Shown here one piece after another: positions 40,600-51,507 of a stretch of DNA of 64,000 nucleotides. A program made the translations under genes and the position numbers. The first letter of the stretch is position 1; every line of letters begins with the position of its first letter. The stretch is from Desulfomicrobium sp. GTDB taxonomy: Bacteria; Desulfobacterota; Desulfovibrionia; Desulfovibrionales; Desulfomicrobiaceae. The stretch spans positions 960,001 through 1,024,000 of the forward strand of contig JAXGMI010000001.1 of assembly GCA_040768745.1 (NCBI GenBank). Direction: 5' to 3'. Below the pieces are notes generated by a model. The model searched no databases and was not told the DNA's origin. It worked only from the letters and a program-made list of their open reading frames with translations.

Positions 40600-40893
40600 G
40601 CCCAAGCTGCCTAGACAATGGCGGGATGCGAGGCAAGAGGCATTGTCGGGTGTACCGCTTGCAGAAGGGTGATCCGGAATGCCTGTCTCAAGACCGCGGA
40701 TTCAGGCAAGGCCGCCCTGGATGGCACGTCAGTTTCGGCGGAAGAAAATCATCCGGGGTTTGGTTTCTGGTCTGGATTGGTTGAGGAATGTTCTCAGTCC
40801 AGGGGTATCTGGAGAATTGTCTTCCAACCCCATATTTGCTACGAGCCATTGCCTTCCCATATTTTCGAACCCCCAACTTTCACGGAGCACGCC

Positions 40894-41952
40894 ATGGCCC
40901 GACCCAAAACTTCTTCCCCTGAGGACGCCCGCCGCGAGGCGTTGGAAACCGCGCTGGCCACCATCGAGCGGCGTTACGGCCAGGGCTCGGTCATGCGTCT
41001 CTCCGACACCACTCACCAGGTCGTGCCGGTTATTCCCACAGGTTCCATCGGGCTGGACCTGGCCCTGGGCGTCGGCGGCATTCCGCGCGGCCGGGTGACG
41101 GAAATTTTCGGTCCTGAGTCCTCGGGCAAGACCACCCAGGCCCTGCACATCATCGCCGAGGCCCAGAAGCTCGGAGGCGTAGCGGCATTCATCGACGCTG
41201 AACATGCGTTGGACATCAACTATGCCCGTCGACTCGGGGTCAAAACCGAGGATCTCCTCATCTCCCAGCCTGACTATGGCGAACAGGCCCTTGAAATCGC
41301 GGACATGCTCGTCCGTTCCGGGGCCGTGGACGTGGTCGTTGTGGACTCTGTTGCCGCCCTCATCCCGCAGGCCGAGCTGGAAGGAAGCATGGGCGAGACC
41401 CAGGTCGGAACACAGGCCCGGCTCATGTCCCACGCCATGCGCAAGCTGACCGGCACCATCCACAAATCCCGCACCGCCATCATCTTTATCAACCAGCTGC
41501 GCATGAAGATCGGCATGACCGGCTACGGCAGCCCGGAAACCACGACCGGCGGCAATGCCCTCAAGTTCTACGCTTCGGTGCGCCTGGACGTGCGCCGCAT
41601 CCAGACTCTGAAGGACAAGGAAGAGTCGTACGGCAACCGGGTGCGTGTGAAGGTCGTCAAGAATAAGATGGCTCCGCCCTTCCGCGAGGCCGAATACGAT
41701 ATTCTGTTCGGCACCGGGATCTCTCGTGTGGGCGAACTGCTGGATCTGGGCGTGGACAATGGCATTGTTGACAAGAGCGGGGCGTGGTTCGCTTTTGGAT
41801 CTGAGCGCCTGGGTCAGGGCAAGGAAAATGTGCGCGCATTTTTGCAGGATAACGACGATCTGCGTCTGCAGATCGAGCGGGCTCTGCTCGAACACCTGGG
41901 CATGCCGGTGCCTGAGCAGGCTTCGGCTGCGCCCGAGGTTTCGGAAGACTAA
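40894..41952 (+). CDS. recA: Recombinase RecA
   Basis: [15 protein letters not shown] and [14 protein letters not shown] motifs. Confidence 0.98.
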   Translation: MARPKTSSPEDARREALETALATIERRYGQGSVMRLSDTTHQVVPVIPTGSIGLDLALGVGGIPRGRVTEIFGPESSGKTTQALHIIAEAQKLGGVAAFIDAEHALDINYARRLGVKTEDLLISQPDYGEQALEIADMLVRSGAVDVVVVDSVAALIPQAELEGSMGETQVGTQARLMSHAMRKLTGTIHKSRTAIIFINQLRMKIGMTGYGSPETTTGGNALKFYASVRLDVRRIQTLKDKEESYGNRVRVKVVKNKMAPPFREAEYDILFGTGISRVGELLDLGVDNGIVDKSGAWFAFGSERLGQGKENVRAFLQDNDDLRLQIERALLEHLGMPVPEQASAAPEVSED

Positions 41953-41989
41953 TCCCGCCCTCCATGGGCCAAAAATAACGAGGTACAAC

Positions 41990-44626
41990 GTGATCAGCGC
42001 TGACGAGATTCGCAAACGATTTCTGGAATATTTTAAGGAACATTGGCATACCGTGCTGCCCAGCTCCTCTCTGGTGCCCCAGGATGACCCGACCTTGCTC
42101 TTCACCAACGCAGGCATGGTCCAGTTCAAGAAGATTTTTCAGGGGCAGGAAAAGAGGGAGTATTTCCGGGCCACAACCTCCCAGAAATGCCTGAGGGTGG
42201 GCGGCAAGCACAACGATTTAGAGAATGTGGGCCGCACGGCCCGCCATCACACTTTTTTCGAAATGCTCGGGAATTTCTCCTTCGGGGATTATTTCAAGGA
42301 GGAGGCCATTCGCCTGGCCTGGAATTTCGCGACCAAGGAGCTGGGTCTGGACAAGGACCGACTCTATATCTCCATCTTCCGAGACGACGACGAAGCCAGC
42401 GAGCTGTGGCGGAAGGTGGCCGGCGTACCGACAGAGCGCATCTTCCGCCTCGGCGAGAAGGACAACTTCTGGGCCATGGGCGACACGGGCCCCTGCGGCC
42501 CCTGCTCCGAGATCTACGTGGACCAGGGCGCAGACATGGCCTGCGGGCCCGACTGCGGCATCGGCAAGTGCGACTGCGACCGGTTCCTAGAAATCTGGAA
42601 CCTGGTCTTCATGCAGTTCAACCGCTCGGCCGACGGGACCATGACCCCCCTTCCCAAGCCGAGCATTGACACGGGCATGGGCCTGGAGCGCATCACTGCA
42701 GTCTGTCAGGGGAAACGTTCCAACTTCGACACGGACCTCTTCCAGGGTCTGATCCAGACCATGGCCAAAAAGGCCGGCGTGGCCTACCGCCAGGACGAGG
42801 AATCGGACACGGCCCTCAGGGTCATCGCCGACCACAGCCGGGCCATCGCCTTTTTGCTGGCCGATGGCATGCTGCCCTCCAACGAGGGCCGGGGCTACGT
42901 CCTGCGCCGGCTGATCCGCCGGGCCTACCGCTTCGGCAAGATGCTGGGCTTCAATGAACCTTTTCTGTGTGAGTCCACGGCCCAGGTGGCTGACGAGATG
43001 GGTGGAACTTTTCCGGAGCTCATTGCAAACAAGAACTTCATGGTCCGTGTGGTACGTCAGGAAGAAGAGCGTTTCGGAGAGACCCTGGACAAAGGTCTGC
43101 GCATTCTCGAGGACGAGATGGCGACCCTGACCGCTTCGGGGAGCAAAACCATCGGCGGCGAGACGGCCTTCAGGCTGTACGACACGTATGGATTTCCCCT
43201 CGATATCGTCAACGACATTGCCGAAAAGCAGGGTTTTGCCGTGGATGAGCCCGGTTTTCGCGAGCATATGGCTGTGCAGAAGAAGAAGTCCAAGGAAGCC
43301 TGGGCCGGCTCCGGGGACAAGGGGCTGGCCGGGCAGTTCGCGGCCCTCATGGGTTCGGGCCTTGAGTCCGCCTTCATCGGCTACGACTGCCTGTCCGCCG
43401 TGAGCCGCATTGTCGCCCTGCTGGACGCCGAAGGCCAGCCCGTGGATCGCCTGAACGGCGGCACCGGCTTTATGGTCACGCTGAAGACCCCGTTCTACGG
43501 CGAATCCGGCGGGCAGATGGGTGACACGGGGCGGGTGCAGGCCCCCACGGGTGCGGCCCGCGTGATCGATACACTCAAGCCCGCGCCGACGCTCCTCGTG
43601 CACAAGGTCGAGGTCACCGGCGGCGAGATCCTGGCCGACCAGGAAGTGGAGCTTTTCGTGGAGGAAGGCGAGCGCGTGGCCACAGCCCGCAACCACTCCT
43701 GCACCCACCTGCTGCACGCGGCCCTGCGCCGGGTGCTGGGCGATCACGTCAAGCAGGCCGGCTCCTTGGTGGGACCCTCGCGCCTGCGCTTCGACTTCAC
43801 CCACATCTCGGGCCTCACGGCCGAGGAGTTGCAGCGGGTCGAGGATGAGGTCAACCGCGTCATCCTGGCCGACGCGCCCATCACCACGCAGGTCATGTCC
43901 TACGACGCGGCCGTGAACGAGAAACAGGCCATGGCCCTGTTCGGCGAGAAGTACGAGGCCGACGTGCGCGTGGTCGAGATGGCCGGCGAATCCGTGGAGC
44001 TGTGCGGCGGGACGCACCTGGAGTCCACGGGCCAGGCCGGTTCCTTCGCCATCCTGTCCGAGGCCGGCATCGCCGCGGGCGTGCGCCGCATCGAAGCCCT
44101 GACGGGCTGGGACGCCCTGCGCCACTGGCAGGCCCAGCGCGAGGAGGTCCGCGCCGCGGCCGTCCTGCTCAAGGCCGCCCCGACCGAGGTTTCGAAGAAG
44201 ATCGCGGTCCTGCAGGACCAGGCCAAGGCCCTGTCCAAGGAACTGCAGGCCCTGCAGGCCAGGGTCATGTCCGAAAGCGGCAAGGACCTGGCCTCCGAGG
44301 CCAAGGACATCGCCGGCATGAAGGTGCTGGCCAGGAAGGTCGAGGCCCCCGACGTGAACGCCCTCAGAAATCTCATGGACGACCTGCGTTCCAAGATCGG
44401 CAGCGGCGTCATCGCTCTGGCGGCTGAGATCGATGGCAAGGCCATGCTGGTCTTGTCCGTGAGTAAGGATCTGCATGGCCGATTCACGGCCCCGGCACTG
44501 ATCAGGGAAGTTTCTTCCGAAATCAGGGGCGGCGGGGGCGGACGACCCGATCTGGCCCAGGCCGGAGGGTCAGAACCTGAGGGTATCGAACGGGCCCTGG
44601 CCAAGTTGGAGGAGATTTTGGCATAA
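41990..44626 (+). CDS. alaS: Alanine--tRNA ligase
   Basis: [37 protein letters not shown] and [13 protein letters not shown] motifs; GTG start after GAGG. Confidence 0.98.
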   Translation: MISADEIRKRFLEYFKEHWHTVLPSSSLVPQDDPTLLFTNAGMVQFKKIFQGQEKREYFRATTSQKCLRVGGKHNDLENVGRTARHHTFFEMLGNFSFGDYFKEEAIRLAWNFATKELGLDKDRLYISIFRDDDEASELWRKVAGVPTERIFRLGEKDNFWAMGDTGPCGPCSEIYVDQGADMACGPDCGIGKCDCDRFLEIWNLVFMQFNRSADGTMTPLPKPSIDTGMGLERITAVCQGKRSNFDTDLFQGLIQTMAKKAGVAYRQDEESDTALRVIADHSRAIAFLLADGMLPSNEGRGYVLRRLIRRAYRFGKMLGFNEPFLCESTAQVADEMGGTFPELIANKNFMVRVVRQEEERFGETLDKGLRILEDEMATLTASGSKTIGGETAFRLYDTYGFPLDIVNDIAEKQGFAVDEPGFREHMAVQKKKSKEAWAGSGDKGLAGQFAALMGSGLESAFIGYDCLSAVSRIVALLDAEGQPVDRLNGGTGFMVTLKTPFYGESGGQMGDTGRVQAPTGAARVIDTLKPAPTLLVHKVEVTGGEILADQEVELFVEEGERVATARNHSCTHLLHAALRRVLGDHVKQAGSLVGPSRLRFDFTHISGLTAEELQRVEDEVNRVILADAPITTQVMSYDAAVNEKQAMALFGEKYEADVRVVEMAGESVELCGGTHLESTGQAGSFAILSEAGIAAGVRRIEALTGWDALRHWQAQREEVRAAAVLLKAAPTEVSKKIAVLQDQAKALSKELQALQARVMSESGKDLASEAKDIAGMKVLARKVEAPDVNALRNLMDDLRSKIGSGVIALAAEIDGKAMLVLSVSKDLHGRFTAPALIREVSSEIRGGGGGRPDLAQAGGSEPEGIERALAKLEEILA

Positions 44627-44788
44627 AAGGGTCGCCAAATGGCGGCTGTTTTCGTTCGGTTGATGACCCTGTATGAAACCAGAATCTGGTCATGGGAGCT
44701 CCTTTTGTGTTTCCAAAGGCACTGGCACTGCCTGAGCCACATACGTGAGGATTTGGTGAGTTGGTGGTCAGCAGACTCCGATCGTTGG

Positions 44789-44806
44789 GCGTAAAGTACT
44801 TTACGA
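44789..44806. promoter_or_regulatory. Rex-like operator upstream of nfnAB
   Basis: Perfect 16-bp palindrome CGTAAAGTACTTTACG resembling GTGAA-N4-TTCAC. Confidence 0.6.
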
Positions 44807-44893
44807 TTGGGAGGATAATTTGAGATACTTGAAAAATAAAGACGATGAGTGTCTCAGGGTAACTGTTCGCCCATGACGGGCATGGAGGCATTG

Positions 44894-45736
44894 GTGAGTA
44901 CAATTCTGAAAAAACGGGTCCTCATCCCCGGACGGGTCACGGAGATGATCCTGGACGCACCCGAAATCGCGGTCAAGGCCAAACCGGGCAATTTCGTCAT
45001 CCTCCGCGTGGCGGAGGACGGCGAGCGCTTTCCGCTGACCATCGCCGACGCCGATGCCGGAAAAGGGACCATCACCATCGTCTACCTTGTCCTGGGCAAG
45101 AGCACGGCCATGCTGGACACGCTGGGCGAAGGCGATGCGGTTCTTGATCTGTGCGGCCCCCTGGGCCGGGCCACGGACATCCGCAAGGTCGGCACTGTGA
45201 TCTGCGTCGGGGGCGGCACGGGCATCGCTGCCATGCACCACATCGCCAAGGGCCACGCCCAGGCCGGGAACAAGGTGGTGTCCATCATCGGCGCGCGTTC
45301 GGCAGATCTGCTGCTCTTCGAGGAGGAGCTCTCGAAATTCAGCCACGAGGTTCTGATCGCCACCGACGACGGCAGCAAGGGGCAGAAGGGCTTCGTGACC
45401 CAGGTCCTTAAGGAGCGCCTGGAGTCCGACCCGGACGTCAAGGAGGTCGTGGCCGTGGGGCCGGTGCCCATGATGCGCGCAGTGGCCGAAGTGACCCGCC
45501 CCTTCGGCGTGAAGACGGTGGTCAGCCTGAACTCCATCATGGTCGACGGCATCGGCATGTGCGGCGCCTGCCGGGTGCGGGTGGACGATTCCATCCGCTT
45601 CGCCTGCGTGGACGGGCCCGAGTTCGACGCCCACAAGGTGGATTTCGGCGAGCTGATGATGCGGCTGGGGTCGTACGTTCCGCAGGAAAAACAGTCCTAC
45701 AAGTGCTACTGTGAGTGCCATGGCAAAGAAAGCTAA
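44894..45736 (+). CDS. nfnA: NfnA-type transhydrogenase small subunit (FAD/NAD-binding, 2Fe-2S)
   Basis: ERFPLTIAD, GPLG, GGGTGIA and DGIGMCGACRV...ACVDGPEFD motifs. Confidence 0.85.
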   Translation: MSTILKKRVLIPGRVTEMILDAPEIAVKAKPGNFVILRVAEDGERFPLTIADADAGKGTITIVYLVLGKSTAMLDTLGEGDAVLDLCGPLGRATDIRKVGTVICVGGGTGIAAMHHIAKGHAQAGNKVVSIIGARSADLLLFEEELSKFSHEVLIATDDGSKGQKGFVTQVLKERLESDPDVKEVVAVGPVPMMRAVAEVTRPFGVKTVVSLNSIMVDGIGMCGACRVRVDDSIRFACVDGPEFDAHKVDFGELMMRLGSYVPQEKQSYKCYCECHGKES

Positions 45737-47135
45737 ACTCCTCCCCCGCGTGTCCATGCCCATGCAGGACCCCCATGTCCGCAGCGGCAATTTCAACGAG
45801 GTCGCTCTGGGCTACACCCTGGAGCAGGCGCAGGCCGAGGCCCGGCGCTGTCTGCAATGCAAGAACCCCACCTGCCAGGCCGGCTGCCCGGTCGAGGTGG
45901 ACTGCAAGGCCTTCATTCACGAAGTGGTCGAGGGGCGCCTCGACGAGGCCTACAAGGTCATCAAGGCCACCAACAGCCTGCCGGCGGTCTGCGGCCGGGT
46001 CTGCCCCCAGGAAAAGCAGTGTGAGGCCAGGTGCAAGCTGAACCCCACAGGCCAGCCTGTCGCCATCGGCCGCCTGGAGCGCTTCGTGGCCGATTCCTAC
46101 TATGCCGTGAATCCGTGCGATGCCGTCACCGGCGGGGACGACTGCAAGCTCCTGCGCGAGGACTTGAAGGTCGCCTGTGTCGGCTCGGGCCCGAGCAGCC
46201 TTACGGCCGCCGGTTATCTGGCCGCCCTAGGCGTGTCCGTGACGGTGTTCGAGGCCCTGCACGAGGTGGGCGGCGTACTGACCTACGGCATCCCGGAGTT
46301 CCGCCTGCCCAAGTCCATCGTGCACACGGAAGTGGAGTTCCTGAAGCGCATGGGAGTGGTCTTCAAAACCAACTGGGTCGTGGGCAAGACCGTCTCCATC
46401 CAGGATTTTTTTACCCAGGGCTACAAGGCGGTGTTCATCGGTGTGGGAGCGGGGCTGCCCAAGTTCCTGAACATCCCCGGGGAGAGCCTGCTGGGCGTTT
46501 ACAGCGCCAACGAGTATCTGACCCGCGTCAACCTCATGCGTGGCTACAAGTTCCCTGAAGTGGACACGCCCGTGGCCGCCGGCCGGCAGGTCACAGTCCT
46601 GGGCGGCGGCAACGTGGCCATGGACGCGGCCCGCACGGCCCTGCGCCTGGGTGCCGAGAAGGTGACCATCGTCTACCGCCGCACCAAGGAGGAGATGCCG
46701 GCCCGTCTCGAAGAGCTTGAACACGCCCTGGAGGAGGGGGTCTGCCTGGAGAATCTGGCGGCCCCGGTGTCCTTCAACGGCGACGAGAAGGGCCACTTGA
46801 CGGGCTTGACCGTGCAGCGCATGGAACTGGGAGAACCCGATGCCTCGGGGCGGCGCAAGCCTGTCCCGGTGGCGGGGGCGTTCTTCGACATTCCCACGGA
46901 TCTGGCCATCCTCGGTATCGGTACGGGGCCCAATCAGGTCCTGCTGCGCGAAACTCCGGAGCTGACGCTGAACAAATGGGGCTACATCCAGGCCGACCCA
47001 GAAACCGGCGAAACGGAGATCCCCATGGTCTTCGCCGGCGGCGACATCGTCACAGGCGCGGCCACGGTGGTCCTGGCCATGGGCGCCGGGCGCAAATCCG
47101 CCCGGGAAATCGCCCGCAGGCTCGGCCTTCTCTAG
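45720..47135 (+). CDS. nfnB: NfnB-type transhydrogenase large subunit (GltD-like)
   Basis: RCLQCKNPTCQAGCP, CGRVCPQEKQCE, GGGNVAMDAAR and GGDIVTGAATV motifs; coupled to nfnA. Confidence 0.85.
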   Translation: MAKKAKLLPRVSMPMQDPHVRSGNFNEVALGYTLEQAQAEARRCLQCKNPTCQAGCPVEVDCKAFIHEVVEGRLDEAYKVIKATNSLPAVCGRVCPQEKQCEARCKLNPTGQPVAIGRLERFVADSYYAVNPCDAVTGGDDCKLLREDLKVACVGSGPSSLTAAGYLAALGVSVTVFEALHEVGGVLTYGIPEFRLPKSIVHTEVEFLKRMGVVFKTNWVVGKTVSIQDFFTQGYKAVFIGVGAGLPKFLNIPGESLLGVYSANEYLTRVNLMRGYKFPEVDTPVAAGRQVTVLGGGNVAMDAARTALRLGAEKVTIVYRRTKEEMPARLEELEHALEEGVCLENLAAPVSFNGDEKGHLTGLTVQRMELGEPDASGRRKPVPVAGAFFDIPTDLAILGIGTGPNQVLLRETPELTLNKWGYIQADPETGETEIPMVFAGGDIVTGAATVVLAMGAGRKSAREIARRLGLL

Positions 47136-47164
47136 CTTGTCAGTTATGGCTTCTCCCGCTACAC

Positions 47165-47203
47165 AACCGGTTCCGGGCACTGGCTCGGAGCCGGTTTTTT
47201 TTT
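47165..47203 (+). terminator. Rho-independent terminator after nfnB
   Basis: AACCGGTTCCGGGC/GCTCGGAGCCGGTT stem followed by a long T run. Confidence 0.8.
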
Positions 47204-47272
47204 CAACCCGGCGTGGTGGCTTGCATTCACGATCGTTCCCGGCTTTCTGAATCAGGGGTTTTTAGGATATAT

Positions 47273-48454
47273 ATGGCTCAATTTGTTGGAGTTTCCTTCA
47301 GGAGGCAGGGTCAGGTCTACTATTTCCAGGCCACTCCTTTCGTTCTCTCTCTGCAGGACATGGTCCTGGTCAAGACCGAAGAAGGGATAGGTTTCGGTCA
47401 GATTGTGACCTTGCGGGACGCTCTGCCTGACGGCGTCGACCCTGAGGCCGTCAAGCCCATCTATCGACCGGCCACCCAAGAGGACTTGGAGATTGGACGA
47501 GAAAATCTCGCCCTGGCCAAGGAGGCCCGGAAGTTCTGCCAGCAGTGCGTAGATCGGCTCGGCCTGGACATGAAGCTGGTGGAAGTGGAGATCTACTTCG
47601 ACCGCAGTAAGATGATCTTTTACTTTACGGCACCGGGGCGAGTGGATTTCCGCGAATTGGTCAAGGACCTGGTCCGCAACTACCGCACCCGCATCGAGCT
47701 GCGCCAGATCGGCGTGCGTCACGAGACCCAGATGCTCGGCGCCCTGGGTAACTGCGGACAGGTCTGTTGCTGCCGCCGCTATCTGCGTCGCTTTGAGCCT
47801 GTGACCATCAAGATGGCCAAGGATCAAAATCTGTTTTTAAACCCGGCCAAAATATCCGGAGTCTGTGGTCGACTTTTGTGTTGTCTGGCCTACGAGAAGG
47901 ATAACTACTCGGATTTCCAGAACCGGGCTCCCAAGATAGGCCGCAGGTATATGACCTCCCAGGGAGGGATGAAGACGTTGCGGGCCAACATGTTTCGCGA
48001 CTCGGTCACCGTGCTGACCGAAGCGGGGGAGGAGGTGGACTTCTCTCTGAGCGATTGGGCCGTCATGCTCTTGCCGGATCAACCCAGGGGGCAGACCTCA
48101 GAAGACTGCCCGGATGATGTTCCTGCGGAACTGGAAGCTCTGGTCGATCCGGAATTACGCGCCCAAAGCGGCCAACGATCCGAAAGCCAGGCCTCCAGGC
48201 ACCAGCGCAAGGACCAGCGTCTTCGCCATGGGGCAGCAGGGCATGGTCCGCGCATGGACAGGCGCGAACGGCCGGACCGGCCTGAACACCACGGGCGATC
48301 CCTGCGTGAAGGCTTACGTGGGGAATCGGGCGAACGTACTGAAGACCGGGATCAGACGGGCCAGCCGCGGGACCGCAGGGAACAGCGATACCGGGATAAG
48401 CGGCGCAAGCCTGCACCTTCCCCCCGTGAAACAGGGGCAAAAGTCAAAGAGTGA
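47273..48454 (+). CDS. PSP1-domain protein (RicT/YaaT-like) with Arg-rich low-complexity tail
   Basis: FYFTAPGRVDFRELVKDL, RIELRQIGVR, GNCGQVCCC and SGVCGRLLCCL motifs. Confidence 0.9.
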   Translation: MAQFVGVSFRRQGQVYYFQATPFVLSLQDMVLVKTEEGIGFGQIVTLRDALPDGVDPEAVKPIYRPATQEDLEIGRENLALAKEARKFCQQCVDRLGLDMKLVEVEIYFDRSKMIFYFTAPGRVDFRELVKDLVRNYRTRIELRQIGVRHETQMLGALGNCGQVCCCRRYLRRFEPVTIKMAKDQNLFLNPAKISGVCGRLLCCLAYEKDNYSDFQNRAPKIGRRYMTSQGGMKTLRANMFRDSVTVLTEAGEEVDFSLSDWAVMLLPDQPRGQTSEDCPDDVPAELEALVDPELRAQSGQRSESQASRHQRKDQRLRHGAAGHGPRMDRRERPDRPEHHGRSLREGLRGESGERTEDRDQTGQPRDRREQRYRDKRRKPAPSPRETGAKVKE

Positions 48455-48486
48455 ACAGGACCCGGAGCGCAGCAAGGAGATATGCT

Positions 48487-50433
48487 TTGAAACCGTTTTT
48501 TATATCCACACCCATCTATTACGTGAATGCCCGGCCCCATCTGGGGCATGGCTACACGACAATCGTCGCGGACAGTATCAGCCGTTTTCATCGCCTGAAA
48601 GGCGATGCGACGTTTTTTTTGACCGGCACGGACGAGCACGGCGACAAGATCGTACAGGCCGCAGAGGCGAGCGGCCAGGATCCCAAGACCTATTCCGACG
48701 CAATCAGCCGGTTGTTTCAGGAGCTCTGGCCCCGGCTGGAGATTTCCAACGATCATTTCATCCGGACCACGGATCCTGAACACAAGGCTTGTGTGCAGCA
48801 CGTGCTGCAAGCCGTGTTCGACAAGGGCGACATCTATTTCGACGAGTATGGCGGGCACTACTGTTTCGGGTGCGAGCGGTTCTACACGGACAAGGAGCTG
48901 GTGGATGGCAAATGCCCGGACCATCAGACCGTGCCGACCTTTATCAAGGAGAAGAACTATTTCTTCCGCATGAGCAAGTATCTGGAGCCGCTGCGTCAGC
49001 ACATCGAGGCCAACCCGGAGTTCATCCAGCCCGAACGCTATCGCAACGAAGTTCTGTCCATGCTCAAAGAGGACCTGGGAGATTTGTGCATCTCCCGGCC
49101 CAAGACGCGGCTGACCTGGGGTATTGAGCTTCCCTTTGACACGGATTTCGTGACGTATGTCTGGTTCGATGCCCTTATCAACTACATTTCGGCCCTGGGC
49201 TATCCCGAGGGGGAGAAGTACCGCAGATACTGGACTGGAGCGCACCACTTGGTGGCCAAGGACATCCTCAAGCCCCACGCCGTATTCTGGCCGACCATGC
49301 TCATGTCCGCGGGCATCCCGCTCTACAAGGGTCTGCGGGTGCATGGGTACTGGACGGTCAACGAGACCAAGATGTCCAAGAGCCTGGGCAACGTCATCGC
49401 CCCTCTGGACATGGCCGAAAAATACGGCCTCAGTGCATTCCGCTATTTCCTGCTGTCGGAGATGAGTTTCGGCCAGGATTCCTCCTTCAGCGAGGAGGCC
49501 CTGGCGGGTCGCTTCAATGCCGATTTGGCCAACGACCTGGGCAACCTGTTTTCGCGCAGTCTGTCCATGACCCACAAGTATTTCGGTGGCAAAGTGCCCG
49601 AGTGCGGCCAGTTGATGGAGCTGGATCGGGAGGTACTTGAGATTGGACACAACGCCATAGCCAATTTCCAGATTCAATTCGAGCATTTTCAATTTTCCCG
49701 GGCCATGAAATCCCTGTGGGACCTGGTCCGGTATCTGAACAAATACATCGACACGGCGGCTCCCTGGACGCTGTTCAAGAACCAGGATCTAATCCGGCTG
49801 GGAACAGTCATCTATGTCATTCTGGAAGGGATGCGCAAGGTGGCCGTGCACCTGTGGCCCGTCATGCCATCAACCAGCGAGACCATGCTCGCCCAGCTCG
49901 GCGTGAAGTTCTCCCTGGAAGGAGCGGACCTGGAGGCCGAAACCTCATCCTGGTTCGGTTTGGCTCCGGGTACAGCCGTGGCCGAGCGTTCCAACCTCTT
50001 CCCCCGCCAGGATCTGGAGTCCAGGGGGGAAAGGCCCGCTGTGTCCAGGAAGGTCAAGACGCCCAAGGAGGCAGAGTCCGGTCCCAAGATCGAGATGGCC
50101 TGTCCGGAGTGCATCGAGTTTGAGGATTTTGCCAAGGTCGACCTGCGCGTGGGCACGGTGCTGGCTGTGGAGCAGCATCCTGAGGCGGACCGCCTGCTGA
50201 TCCTGAAGGTCGACACGGGTGAGGAAGACCTCCGGCAAGTGGTGGCCGGCATTGCAGAGCACTGGTCGCCGGAGGCCCTGCTTGGACGGCAGGTGGTTGT
50301 GGTGGCCAATCTGAAGCCCCGCAAGCTGCGGGGGCAGGTTTCCCAGGGCATGGTCCTGGCCCTCAAGCAGGAAGGCGGGATGCAGCTGCTCGTGCCGAGT
50401 GCAATAGTTAAAAACGGCAGCAAGGTGTCGTAA
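48487..50433 (+). CDS. metG: Methionine--tRNA ligase with C-terminal tRNA-binding domain
   Basis: TPIYYVNARPHLGH, LTGTDEHG, YVWFDAL and KMSKS motifs; TTG start after AAGGAG. Confidence 0.97.
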   Translation: MKPFFISTPIYYVNARPHLGHGYTTIVADSISRFHRLKGDATFFLTGTDEHGDKIVQAAEASGQDPKTYSDAISRLFQELWPRLEISNDHFIRTTDPEHKACVQHVLQAVFDKGDIYFDEYGGHYCFGCERFYTDKELVDGKCPDHQTVPTFIKEKNYFFRMSKYLEPLRQHIEANPEFIQPERYRNEVLSMLKEDLGDLCISRPKTRLTWGIELPFDTDFVTYVWFDALINYISALGYPEGEKYRRYWTGAHHLVAKDILKPHAVFWPTMLMSAGIPLYKGLRVHGYWTVNETKMSKSLGNVIAPLDMAEKYGLSAFRYFLLSEMSFGQDSSFSEEALAGRFNADLANDLGNLFSRSLSMTHKYFGGKVPECGQLMELDREVLEIGHNAIANFQIQFEHFQFSRAMKSLWDLVRYLNKYIDTAAPWTLFKNQDLIRLGTVIYVILEGMRKVAVHLWPVMPSTSETMLAQLGVKFSLEGADLEAETSSWFGLAPGTAVAERSNLFPRQDLESRGERPAVSRKVKTPKEAESGPKIEMACPECIEFEDFAKVDLRVGTVLAVEQHPEADRLLILKVDTGEEDLRQVVAGIAEHWSPEALLGRQVVVVANLKPRKLRGQVSQGMVLALKQEGGMQLLVPSAIVKNGSKVS

Positions 50434-50455
50434 AGATCAGGAAAAGAAGCTTTTG

Positions 50456-50480
50456 AGGCAGGGCCGTCCCTGCCTTTTTT
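50456..50480 (+). terminator. Rho-independent terminator after metG
   Basis: AGGCAGGG-ccgt-CCCTGCCT followed by a T run. Confidence 0.75.
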
Positions 50481-50495
50481 ATTTCGATTCAGGGG

Positions 50496-51473
50496 TCAGA
50501 ACAGGCAACCCACAAAGTCCGCAGCGTCCACGTCGCGGATGAATTCGCAGACAGCAACGCCCCTCAACGCATCCAGGATGGCTCCCGGCTCGTGCCGTAC
50601 TCCGGCCAGGATCTTCTCCAGCTCAGCCACAGGCCGGGTTCCGAAGAAATCTCCGAAAATGCGCGCCCCGCGGATATGCCCGTGATGGACGTCGAGATGC
50701 ACCTCGACCACCCCGCCCTGGGTGCGCGTGCCACGTGTGAACCCGTAGTCCGGAGAGGCCCCGAAATTCCATTCCCATGTCCCGTATTTTGTGCGCACCA
50801 GGTCTGCAATGCCGGCTTCTTCATCTGGCCTGAGTCCCAGCTCGGCCGTGGAGGCCCCGCCGGACACGTGGTCCATGACCCGGTGAATGAAATCTTCAAC
50901 CGCCATGGGTTGGGGCAGGTGGCTGGCGATATTGGTCACCCGCTTCTTGACGCTTTTGACCGCCTTGTCCGCGTACTTGACCGGGTTGACCTTGAGCGCT
51001 CCGGACAGGTCAGTCATCTGGGCCGAAAAAAGCAGGGTCCCGTGATGAAGGACCCGATCCTTCTCCATGAACTGGGCGTTGCCGGAGAACTTATGGCCGT
51101 CAATGACCAGGTCGTTGCGGCCCTCGAACTGGCAGTTCACCCCCATGGCCCGCAGGGCTTCCAGAATGGGCGTGGTGAAGCGGTGGAAATCGAGATGTCT
51201 GCTCTGGTTGCCCAGCTGGATGAAAGAGAAGTTGACGTTGCCCAGATCATGGAACACGGCCCCGCCGCCGGTCAGACGACGGATGACCGCGATGCCGCGC
51301 TGGCGGACGAATTCCTGGTCAATCTCTGCCGTGGTATTCTGGTTGCGGCCGACGATGACGGCCGGAGCGTTGCGCCAGAGCATGAAGATGTCCGTGTGTG
51401 TGTTGCGCAGGAGCCACTCCTCGGCCGCAAGGTTGAAGGCTGGATCGGTGTGCCTGTTGTGCATGTACCGCAT
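50496..51473 (-). CDS. lplA: Lipoate--protein ligase
   Basis: FNLAAEE, VGRNQN, RRLTGGGAVFHDLGN, KFSGNAQ and HHGTLL motifs. Confidence 0.93.
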   Translation of the reverse strand: MRYMHNRHTDPAFNLAAEEWLLRNTHTDIFMLWRNAPAVIVGRNQNTTAEIDQEFVRQRGIAVIRRLTGGGAVFHDLGNVNFSFIQLGNQSRHLDFHRFTTPILEALRAMGVNCQFEGRNDLVIDGHKFSGNAQFMEKDRVLHHGTLLFSAQMTDLSGALKVNPVKYADKAVKSVKKRVTNIASHLPQPMAVEDFIHRVMDHVSGGASTAELGLRPDEEAGIADLVRTKYGTWEWNFGASPDYGFTRGTRTQGGVVEVHLDVHHGHIRGARIFGDFFGTRPVAELEKILAGVRHEPGAILDALRGVAVCEFIRDVDAADFVGCLF

Positions 51474-51507
51474 GGATGTCTCCTATGAGGGTCAGTTGGC
51501 GGGGAGC

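Noticed and set aside
40722..40736. TGGCACG-TCAG-TTTC sigma54-like element upstream of recA
   Set aside because: The -12 dinucleotide is TC rather than GC and no enhancer evidence was seen
48060..48454. Arg/Gly/Asp-rich tail of the PSP1 protein as a possible repeat or frameshift
   Set aside because: The ORF is continuous and there is no tandem nucleotide repeat; it looks like an ordinary disordered tail
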